Source of the DNA: Bacteriovorax stolpii
Lineage (GTDB): Bacteria; Bdellovibrionota; UBA1018
Reading direction: 5' to 3'
Length of the DNA: 64,000 bases
Assembly: GCA_945860415.1 (NCBI GenBank)
Contig: CAMAQA010000005.1
Location: 507-64,506, forward strand
Part shown: positions 56,365 to 64,000 of the stretch, piece by piece
Layout of the letters: each line of letters opens with the position of its first letter
How positions within the stretch are numbered: the first letter of the stretch is position 1
Made by a program: the position numbers and the translations under genes
Notes under the pieces: model-generated
The model's input: only the letters and a program-made list of their open reading frames with translations
What the model was told of the DNA's origin: nothing
Databases searched by the model: none

Positions 56365-57348
56365 TCAGACGTCGAGTCCGTCGCGACGATAGTCCGCCAG
56401 CTTGTTTCGGAGCGTGCGGATCGAGATTCCGAGCGCGCGCGCCGTGTGGGTGCGGTTTCCTTCGTGGTGCTTGAGCGCATCGAGGATGACGTTCTTCTCG
56501 ATCTGGTCGAGCGTGCGTCCGGGAACCCAGCCCGAAAGGTCGATCTGGGCGCCGAGTCCGGCCTCCGCCCCGATTCCATTCGTTCCGAGAGGACGACGAT
56601 ACTCGATGCGGATATCGGTGGGCTCGATCAGGCCGCCATCACTAGCCGTCAGGACGGCGCCTTCAATGACGTTCTCGAGCTCGCGGATATTGCCGTTCCA
56701 GGAATGTGATTCCAGCACGGCAAGCGCCGCCGGAGACACTCCGGCGATCCGCCGCTGGTTCTTCCGGGCAAAACCTTCGACGAAATTCCGGGCCAGAAGG
56801 GTGACATCTCCGGTGCGCTCGCGGAGCGACGGAATGGTCAGGTTCACGACATTGAGGCGATAGAACAGATCTTCGCGGAAGCTGCCTTCGCGCACACAGT
56901 CGGCGAGGTTGCGATTCGTCGTCGCGATGATGCGGACATCGACCGAGATCGGCTTTCGGCCGCCGAGGCGATCCACTTCGCCCTCCTGGATCACCCGCAG
57001 GAGCTTGGCCTGGAGGCGAATGTCCATTTCCGAAATTTCATCGAGAAGCAGCGTGCCGCCATTCGCGAATTCAAACTTTCCGGCCTTGCTGTTCACGGCA
57101 CCGGTGAATGCCCCGCGCTCGTAGCCGAACAGCTCGCTCTCCAGGAGGTTCTCCGGAATTGCAGCGCAGTTGATCGCGACAAAGGGCTTCGAGGCCCGCG
57201 ACGAACTTTCATGGATCAGCGAAGCCATCAGTTCCTTGCCAGTACCGCTTTCTCCCTGGATCAGGATCGTGGCCTTGCTCTGCGCCACCGTCCTTGCAAG
57301 CTGGATCAGGTCCTTCATCCTACGATCGGCTGTGATGATCTCCGTCAT
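56365..57348 (-). CDS. sigma54 enhancer-binding protein lacking an N-terminal regulatory domain (AAA+ and HTH only)
   Basis: Starts directly at the AAA+ domain; GESGTGKE, GAFTGA, WNGNIREL; HTH GISIRTLRNKL of FlgR/FleR type. Confidence 0.92.
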   Translation of the reverse strand: MTEIITADRRMKDLIQLARTVAQSKATILIQGESGTGKELMASLIHESSSRASKPFVAINCAAIPENLLESELFGYERGAFTGAVNSKAGKFEFANGGTLLLDEISEMDIRLQAKLLRVIQEGEVDRLGGRKPISVDVRIIATTNRNLADCVREGSFREDLFYRLNVVNLTIPSLRERTGDVTLLARNFVEGFARKNQRRIAGVSPAALAVLESHSWNGNIRELENVIEGAVLTASDGGLIEPTDIRIEYRRPLGTNGIGAEAGLGAQIDLSGWVPGRTLDQIEKNVILDALKHHEGNRTHTARALGISIRTLRNKLADYRRDGLDV

Positions 57349-60110
57349 GGTCTGCCCTCCTTGGCATTCGGTTTCACGGTTTCCAGCGCTTCTTGCGCCA
57401 TCCTTTTCCAGAACTGCTCGGGTGCGTCCTTGGCGAGGACCTCGAGCAGTGCCTGGGATTTCTTCAGATCTTCGGACTTGCCGGTTTTTCGCAGCACCTG
57501 CGCATATTGGTAGCGCAGTGGTGAGTCGAGCGCCCCCGGCTCATCGGCCTTGGAATCCCCCATGATCGCTGCGGCCTCGCCCCAGCTTCCCAGGCTCGAG
57601 AGCAGATCGATTTCGGCAAGGAGCAGCGACTGGCGTGATGGAACAGGGGCAACGCCGATGGTGGCAAGCCTGCCCGAGTCCAGCTGCTGTCCCTGGCGAA
57701 GCTCGCGGTATGCCTGAACGGCTCCAAGGATGTTTCCAGACTCCTTGTTGAGGCGAGCGATCCAGTGCAGCAATCGGGGCTGATCACGCTCGGCGCCGGG
57801 AGCGAGCATTCGGGCCTTCAGCGCACGTTGAAGTGCGGACGCCGGCCGCCCACCACGGTGCTCGAGCATCGAAAACAGCACCTCGCGCTCGTAAGAGTAA
57901 GGCGACTCCTCGATGATCTGCTGGAGAAGAGCCGTGATCTTCGAATCCGGTTCTCCGGCAACCCAGAGGGCACGCGCCTCGGTGAACGAACGTTCCGATG
58001 CAGCCAGCCTCTGGTCGATTTCATCCTCGTCGGCCGAAGCGAGCTTGCGCTCTCCCGCGATGGCCTTCTGGTATTGCTGCGCCAGCTGCTGTCCCCACTG
58101 CGGCATGCCGAGGTCGACTGCGGCCTGCGAGAGCTTCAGGATGTAATCTCCATCCACCACGCCTGCGGAATGCGGAAGCTTGGGCGACATCTCGTGGTAG
58201 TAGCTCAGCGCAGAAATACGGCTCGTATCCGTGGGCGACTGGCCGAGTTTCTTGAGGATGATCTTGCGAAACAGGTGGCCCATGAGCCGCGATACTGCCG
58301 CCCGGGTGGACTCTTCCATGAGGCTGGTGGCCGTCGAGAACGAGTCGATCCGGGCGATTGCCAGCTGGATCGCCTTCTCCTCTTCTCCAGCGGCAAGAAG
58401 CGCGCGGACATGGGCGAGTCCCCGGTAGTCGCCCAGGCGTTCCGTGAAGAGCTCCTGCACCGGATCAAAGCCCTCGAGTTCGCGCGAAAAGAAATTTTCA
58501 ACCGTCGACACTGCGGTCTCGCCGTCGAGCCCTCGGCCGCAGGACATCAGTCGCATGCGGCTCAGCCGTGCACCCGTGGAGTAAGGATAGCGATTCACGG
58601 TTTCGAGCAGGAGTTCATCGGCCTTCTCGATTTTTCCAGAACGCCCGGCAAGCTCGGCCAGCCGATAGGTCGCACGCCAGCCATTGCCGGAAGCAGGATG
58701 AGTCGAGAGAAATTCCGAAAAGACTTCCTGTGCGCGATCGTGCTGCCCGAGCCAGTACAACGACTCTCCACGATTCACGAGAAATGCAGGGTACTTCCTG
58801 ACTTCATTCGGGAAGCTCTGGACTGCAAGGAAGTAGCTCGCGAGCGCCTGGTCGTACTGCCGACGCTCCAGGAAGAGGTCACCCAGGCGGATTGCTCCCA
58901 GGGCCTGGAATTCCGGCTTGGGCGCGTTTTCCATCACCCAGCGGAATTCTGCCGCGGCCCTCTGGGTCTGCTTGAGCGAGGCCAGCGACTCCGCAGCCCC
59001 GAAATGGAAAAGCCACGCATCGGGGCTTTTCGAATGGTACTGGACCAGCCATAGGAACTGCTCGAGCGAGCCCAGCGAATCCTTCGCCTCGAGCGCCCTG
59101 AACGCCAGGAGACTTGCCGCATGATACGCGGCCTTCGAACTGCGGCCCTCGGTCAGCACCAGCTTGAGCTGTGCCATCGCGGGCTCGTCATATCCCAGCT
59201 CGATCAGGGCATTGGCCTTCAAGAACCTCGCCTCGATCTTGATCTCGGGCTGGCTTGCACGCGACTCGAGAAAATCCAGCGTCTTGAGCACGAGCGCGGG
59301 CTTGCCCGACCTGTGAAGCTTGACTGCGAGGCGAAACAGGCTCGCCTCCTCGGACTCGCCGGCGGCCTTCAGGTACTCGTGATTCTTGTCGGCTGACTTT
59401 GCGGGCAGCACCTTGGAAAAATCAAATTCCGTCTGCAGCGGACGAAACGGCAGGAAGATTTCTCGCTTCTCGTTCCAGGGCTCACGGCAGAAACGGAGAT
59501 TGTCATCCAGCTCGGCGCGAAGCTTTTCATTCGCGATCCGACGCTCCTGGCGTCCCTTCATCTTCTTCCGCGCGGCTGCAAGCCGGGCATCGCGGGCCTT
59601 GCGCTCCGCCGCCGCCTTCACTTCTCCGACAGTCGGACCCGGCTTGGGCCAGAAATCGATGACGTAATCCGAAGTGTCAGTCTTGCGATAATGGAACGTC
59701 TCCATTTTCGGATCCGCGGGAGCGGCCGAACCGGGAGCAAACTTCCATTTTCCGGAGACCACGACGCCATCCTCGCGCTCTGTGAGAGTCAGCTTCGAAA
59801 GCCGGCTTTCTCGGACCGCCACGGCCTCGACCTCGCGCGCCCACTGCTGCTCGGCGCCGAAGGGCGCCCCGAGATCAGAGAGCACCAGGCCCTTGAGCAG
59901 GAGCACGAATCCCTGCGACGGCTCCGGGGCGCTCAGAGCCTGCACCTCGACCGAAGGGTCCACGCGTAGGCTGACCCGGCCATGGGTCTTGAAGGATTGG
60001 AGGCGAATGAAGTTGGATAGGTTTTCAGCGAGAACGGAAGGAGACACCGTGAGGGCAACCAGGGCCGCCATCATGGCGCCTCGAAGGCTGTTTTTTCGTG
60101 ATTCGAGCAT
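57345..60110 (-). CDS. Large exported TPR-repeat protein
   Basis: Signal peptide ending VLA; many TPR-like helical repeats; overlaps the activator start. Confidence 0.8.
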   Translation of the reverse strand: MLESRKNSLRGAMMAALVALTVSPSVLAENLSNFIRLQSFKTHGRVSLRVDPSVEVQALSAPEPSQGFVLLLKGLVLSDLGAPFGAEQQWAREVEAVAVRESRLSKLTLTEREDGVVVSGKWKFAPGSAAPADPKMETFHYRKTDTSDYVIDFWPKPGPTVGEVKAAAERKARDARLAAARKKMKGRQERRIANEKLRAELDDNLRFCREPWNEKREIFLPFRPLQTEFDFSKVLPAKSADKNHEYLKAAGESEEASLFRLAVKLHRSGKPALVLKTLDFLESRASQPEIKIEARFLKANALIELGYDEPAMAQLKLVLTEGRSSKAAYHAASLLAFRALEAKDSLGSLEQFLWLVQYHSKSPDAWLFHFGAAESLASLKQTQRAAAEFRWVMENAPKPEFQALGAIRLGDLFLERRQYDQALASYFLAVQSFPNEVRKYPAFLVNRGESLYWLGQHDRAQEVFSEFLSTHPASGNGWRATYRLAELAGRSGKIEKADELLLETVNRYPYSTGARLSRMRLMSCGRGLDGETAVSTVENFFSRELEGFDPVQELFTERLGDYRGLAHVRALLAAGEEEKAIQLAIARIDSFSTATSLMEESTRAAVSRLMGHLFRKIILKKLGQSPTDTSRISALSYYHEMSPKLPHSAGVVDGDYILKLSQAAVDLGMPQWGQQLAQQYQKAIAGERKLASADEDEIDQRLAASERSFTEARALWVAGEPDSKITALLQQIIEESPYSYEREVLFSMLEHRGGRPASALQRALKARMLAPGAERDQPRLLHWIARLNKESGNILGAVQAYRELRQGQQLDSGRLATIGVAPVPSRQSLLLAEIDLLSSLGSWGEAAAIMGDSKADEPGALDSPLRYQYAQVLRKTGKSEDLKKSQALLEVLAKDAPEQFWKRMAQEALETVKPNAKEGRP

Positions 60111-60175
60111 CCTGCCCAAGCCGCTTCTCCCTGAAGTCGATTCCGCATCCTGCGGGTCGCTTCCAGATTTAATAG

Positions 60176-60192
60176 AGCAAGCGCAGTGCCAA
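60176..60192 (-). promoter_or_regulatory. sigma54 promoter heading the flagellar cluster
   Basis: Minus strand TTGGCACTGCGCTTGCT, near-perfect TGGCAC-N5-TTGC. Confidence 0.85.
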
Positions 60193-60407
60193 GTTTTGCC
60201 GGTCCTCGGAAGCCTTTGCCCGGACCGCCGGGAACTCCTCGCCGATGGGCAAAGCTCTCCAACTTGCTGGGGAATTTTTTTCCGTGCCGATCGAGCCAGG
60301 AATTCCCGGAAGAACGACGCCATTTTACCGGCGGCAAAATGCCGCCAGCTTCCGTCAAGGCGGACCACAGTTGTCGACGCCGACTTGACGGTTTATCCTC
60401 AGTCGAA

Positions 60408-61007
60408 ATGACCGACTCCACGAGCTTTTCGCGATCCGGATTTCGCGGCCTGGCAATCTTCATGACTGCAACCGCCCTCTCGGGGTGCTCCGTCCTGATC
60501 GGCAATGTCCGACCGGTGGAGGAGCCCGCCCCGCTTCATGAAAGTGAGTCAAAAGCCACGGGCTCCATGTCTCCGCTGGCAGCGCCCTGGAAGTCTCTGG
60601 AGCTGCCGACCTCCAGGAAGGAACGCGGCTCTGCGCAGGCCGGCTCGATTGTTCCCGGGCTCAGCTTCCAGAATGGAGAAACCGGAAGCACGCTGGCCTA
60701 CACTTCCGGCTGTCGAAAGTCGTACCAGAAGGGTGCTCCTGCGCTGAGAAGGGTCGCCCAGTCGCTGGGAAGCGGACTCTCGCGCATCCAGAAGCAGGAA
60801 CACATCGATACCATGGTCGCAGGCATTCCCGCCCTGCGCAGCCTGGTCCACGGCTGGGCGGCCGGCTCGCAGGTCGTCATTGAAAGCATCATCTTCGCAC
60901 GGGATGGCTGCGTCTTTGACCTGACGCTGGTGTCACTCGAACGTCACCACGAACAGGACCGTCCGGCTTTCGATAAAGTCCTCGCCACGCTTCCTCTTTC
61001 GAAGTGA
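60408..61007 (+). CDS. Lipoprotein upstream of the Mla/Mce ABC operon
   Basis: Lipobox LSG-C; GCVFDLTL motif. Confidence 0.7.
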   Translation: MTDSTSFSRSGFRGLAIFMTATALSGCSVLIGNVRPVEEPAPLHESESKATGSMSPLAAPWKSLELPTSRKERGSAQAGSIVPGLSFQNGETGSTLAYTSGCRKSYQKGAPALRRVAQSLGSGLSRIQKQEHIDTMVAGIPALRSLVHGWAAGSQVVIESIIFARDGCVFDLTLVSLERHHEQDRPAFDKVLATLPLSK

Positions 61008-61028
61008 TTTCATGTTAGCCTAGGAGTC

Positions 61029-61805
61029 ATGGTTTCCGCCCAGTACTGGCGATCAACGATTGAGATCGCAGGAGGAGTCGTGCATCTCGGCATCCAGGCC
61101 GCGCGCGAGCTCTTCAGGCGCCCCTTTTACCACTCGTTGATCATCCAGCAGATCTACCGCATCGGTGTCGAGTCACTCGGGCTCGTTCTCGTCACGGCGC
61201 TGGCCACCGGCTCCGTCATGGCGCTCCAGTTCGGCTACGGCATGGCAAAGTTCGGGGCGAAGCTTTACGTGCCGAAGGTGGTCGCGCTGACCATCGCGCG
61301 CGAAATGGGTCCGGTCTTCACCAGCCTCCTGGTTGCAGGTCGGATCGGATCAGGAATCGCCTCCGAAGTGGCCTCCATGAAGGTGACCCAGCAGATCGAT
61401 GCGATGCGCGCGCTGGGCACGAGCCCGATCAAGCGGATCGTCATTCCACGGCTGCTGGCGGCGCTGATCGCCCTTCCGATCCTGACCCTCATTGCCGATT
61501 ACGTCAGCCTTTTTGGAGCCATGCTGGTGGGACGCACCGAGCTCGGAATCAACTCGGAATTCTACTGGGCCAAGACGCTGGAAACCCTGCGCCTGTATGA
61601 CCTGACGACCGGAATGGCCAAGACCGCGATCTTTGCGGTCTTCATCTCGCTGGCCGCCTGCTGGAAGGGACTCAACACGGAAGGCGGCACGCAGGGAGTG
61701 GGCAACAGCACGACCTGGGTGGTGGTGGTATCGAGCGTGTTCATCATGATCTCGGACTTCTTCCTCACCAAGCTCTTCATCCTGACGGTGTATCCAAGAA
61801 TATGA
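61029..61805 (+). CDS. mlaE: MlaE-family ABC permease
   Basis: REMGPV, AGRIGS, MKVTQQIDAM, GVGNSTT. Confidence 0.93.
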   Translation: MVSAQYWRSTIEIAGGVVHLGIQAARELFRRPFYHSLIIQQIYRIGVESLGLVLVTALATGSVMALQFGYGMAKFGAKLYVPKVVALTIAREMGPVFTSLLVAGRIGSGIASEVASMKVTQQIDAMRALGTSPIKRIVIPRLLAALIALPILTLIADYVSLFGAMLVGRTELGINSEFYWAKTLETLRLYDLTTGMAKTAIFAVFISLAACWKGLNTEGGTQGVGNSTTWVVVVSSVFIMISDFFLTKLFILTVYPRI

Positions 61806-62551
61806 CCATCACCGCAGATTGCGTCCTCGAACTCCGGGGCCTCAGACGCAGGTTTGGAAGCAAGATCGTCCACGAGGGCATCGACCTCCAGCTGCGCGGC
61901 CAGGAGCTGCTTGCCCTTTTCGGCGGATCAGGAACGGGCAAGAGCCTGATCCTGCGCTCAATCATCGGGCTCGAGGAGCCCGATGCCGGCGAGATTCTCT
62001 GGCATGGAAGGACGATCTCGGGACTTCACGAACGGGACTGGATCGACGTTCGAAAGAAGATCGCCTATGTCTTCCAGAATGGCGCGCTATTCGATTCGCT
62101 CACGGTCTACGAAAACCTCGCCTACCCGCTCCGAGAGCATACGAAGCTGAAGGAACCGGAAATTCGAGCCCGCGTGGCCGAGATGCTCACCCTCGTCGAC
62201 ATGCCCGGATCCGAGAACCTGCTTCCGGGCGAGCTTTCCGGCGGAATGCAAAAGCGGGCGGGCCTTGCCCGCGCCATGATCCTGGGCCCGGAAATTCTGC
62301 TCTTTGACGAACCGACGGCAGGACTCGATCCGGTCAACACGACCCGCTTCGTGCAGAACATCCTCGACCTGAAGAGACGCGGCCTGACCGGAATCTTCGT
62401 CACCCATGACATCGCCAGCGCGCTCGCCGTGGCCGATCGAATCGCGATCCTGCACCAGGGTCGGATCCATTGCATTGAAACCGTCGAGTCGATCCGGTCC
62501 TCCCGTGATCCGGTTGTCCGAAAATTCCTGTTCCCAGAGGAGAGCACATGA
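61802..62551 (+). CDS. mlaF: MlaF-family ABC ATPase
   Basis: GGSGTGKS, FQNGALFDSL, LSGGMQKR, DEPTAGLDP. Confidence 0.93.
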   Translation: MTITADCVLELRGLRRRFGSKIVHEGIDLQLRGQELLALFGGSGTGKSLILRSIIGLEEPDAGEILWHGRTISGLHERDWIDVRKKIAYVFQNGALFDSLTVYENLAYPLREHTKLKEPEIRARVAEMLTLVDMPGSENLLPGELSGGMQKRAGLARAMILGPEILLFDEPTAGLDPVNTTRFVQNILDLKRRGLTGIFVTHDIASALAVADRIAILHQGRIHCIETVESIRSSRDPVVRKFLFPEEST

Positions 62552-63345
62552 ACCAGAGGGGTTTTGAATTCAAGACGGGGCTTTTTGCCATCACTGGCGT
62601 CGCCCTCTTTGCCACGGCCGTCATGCTGCTCGGAGGAGGATCGGGCCTGCTCAGCCGCAGAAACATCTATTTCGCCCATTTCGATTCAGTCGATGGCCTG
62701 ATTCCAGGAGCCAAGGTCGTGCTGAGCGGGCTGCAGGTCGGCACCGTGGACGACATCTCGATCGATCCGAAGACCCGCGATGTCGCGGTGAAGCTCGGAG
62801 TCGAGAGAAAGTTCCGAGAGTGGATCCGACAAGGAACCACTGCAGAAATCTCGACCATGGGCGTGCTCGGAGACAAATTCATCCGGCTGACTCCGGGCGA
62901 TCTCGACTCAGTGATGATCCAGGACTACGCCATCATCGACGTCCGGACCGGCAAGGACTTCAACCAGGTCCTGAACCGTGGCGACCAGCTCCTGATCACG
63001 CTCAACAGCATCGCCGGAAGCATGGAACGCATGCTGAAGGGCTTTGAAAAAGGAAATCGAGCCGACCAGCTTGCAGAGGGCCTCGCTGCGACGGCCAAGA
63101 ATCTCGCGGCAGCGAGCTCGAAGCTCAACCGCGACCTGGATGACCTGCAGCTCAAGGAGGCCGTGAAGAACCTGAACTCCATCCTGGAAAAGATCAATAA
63201 CGGCCACGGCAGCCTGGGCGCCCTGATCAATGATCCAACGCTCTATGACGATGCCAAGGCGCTTGTCGGCGGCACCAATCGCAATCGCATCGTCCGCAAC
63301 CTCGTGCGCCAGACCATCCAGAAGGCTGAAGGCGAAAACAAGTAG
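62548..63345 (+). CDS. mlaD: MlaD/MCE protein
   Basis: TM anchor, GL..GAKV...G..VG.V, GVLGDKFI. Confidence 0.92.
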   Translation: MNQRGFEFKTGLFAITGVALFATAVMLLGGGSGLLSRRNIYFAHFDSVDGLIPGAKVVLSGLQVGTVDDISIDPKTRDVAVKLGVERKFREWIRQGTTAEISTMGVLGDKFIRLTPGDLDSVMIQDYAIIDVRTGKDFNQVLNRGDQLLITLNSIAGSMERMLKGFEKGNRADQLAEGLAATAKNLAAASSKLNRDLDDLQLKEAVKNLNSILEKINNGHGSLGALINDPTLYDDAKALVGGTNRNRIVRNLVRQTIQKAEGENK

Positions 63346-63367
63346 GAGCATGCCTCCCATAGACCAA

Positions 63368-63405
63368 CGGCCGCCCCCGGAAATCCGAGGGCGGCCGCTG
63401 CTTTG
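63368..63405 (+). terminator. Hairpin terminator after mlaD
   Basis: CGGCCGCCCCCGGA-aa-TCCGAGGGCGGCCG followed by ctgcttt. Confidence 0.6.
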
Positions 63406-63438
63406 TCTTCAACTCACGACCCCGTCAGGGGCCGATCA

Positions 63439-64000
63439 TCACAGATCGATTCCGGTGCCGGAGTTGCGACCGTTGTTCGCGCCATTGTTGTTGATGGCGT
63501 TGGTCGTGTTGCCGGAATTTCCGTTCACGTTCTTGTTGCCGTTGTTGCCGTTGTTGTTGTTGTTGTTCGCGTTCGAGCTGAGCAGAACCGCATCATTCAT
63601 CTGTCCGGCTGCAACGGCCGCGTCTTCCCTCATGCGGTTGCGGCTACCGACCGTCTGGATCATGCCGCGCTTGCGGAGCTTTTCAACCAGAGTGGTGCGG
63701 TTCATCTGCAGGAGCTCGCTTGCACGGTTCTTGTTGTTGCCGGTGCGGGCGAGAGCCTGGTCGACCAGGTGGTTTTCGAAAGCCTCCACGATGGCCTTGA
63801 GGTCGAGGCCCGAGGTCGGCAGCACCATGCGTGGAAATTCCCACTCCGACATGGCGCCCGTTCCTGCAGGACGGCCTTCCGCGAACTTCTGGAAGATCCG
63901 ATGCGGGAGATCACCGAGGTCCACGCTGCCCTGACCCTTGAGGATCACGAGGCGCTCGATCAGATTCTCGAGCTCGCGGACGTTGCCCGGCCAGTCATAG
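63439..64000 (-). CDS. sigma54-dependent activator, C-terminal part (partial), with Asn-rich tail
   Basis: YDWPGNVRELENLIERL; Fis HTH NRTTLVEKLRK; tail NANNNNNNGNNGNKN. Confidence 0.9.
   Translation of the reverse strand, partial: YDWPGNVRELENLIERLVILKGQGSVDLGDLPHRIFQKFAEGRPAGTGAMSEWEFPRMVLPTSGLDLKAIVEAFENHLVDQALARTGNNKNRASELLQMNRTTLVEKLRKRGMIQTVGSRNRMREDAAVAAGQMNDAVLLSSNANNNNNNGNNGNKNVNGNSGNTTNAINNNGANNGRNSGTGIDL

Noticed and set aside
9628-59054. Many long overlapping or antisense ORFs (e.g. 12091-13755, 26212-27771, 36193-37962, 51414-53252)
   Set aside because: Shadow frames of well-supported genes in high-GC DNA, with no recognisable motifs

Overview
High-GC bacterial chromosomal segment. 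Gene content and protein styles suggest Bdellovibrionota (inference). Left to right it holds: a partial GT-C glycosyltransferase, an MFS transporter, a GH114 hydrolase and several secreted proteins; a cbb3 oxidase cluster (ccoI-S-NO-Q-P-G-DsbD_2); a PAS kinase converging on a CBS + NtrC-type operon; tRNA-Asp; prfB with its +1 frameshift; ybeY, mazG, coaE; a two-gene operon for secreted enzymes; a PLP aminotransferase; a 27-bp tandem array beside an HNH nuclease; a lipoprotein/beta-barrel pair; a PilZ protein; a ~27-kb flagellar cluster (fliA to flgB, a receiver-less sigma54 activator, a TPR protein); mlaEFD; and a partial sigma54 activator with an Asn-rich tail. The best novel candidate is an unannotated ~275-nt locus between ybeY and mazG with the architecture of a type I toxin-antitoxin system: sigma54-type promoter, 5'-3' end pairing, sequestered Shine-Dalgarno (SD), a 43-aa basic/hydrophobic peptide, and an internal antisense sigma28-type promoter. 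Second is a FliA-promoter operon encoding a secreted transglutaminase-like enzyme and a secreted SelO-like kinase-fold/HhH protein. Third is the HNH gene, whose 3' end shares a palindromic core with the adjacent repeat array. All calls come from reading motifs by eye; no searches or folding programs were run.
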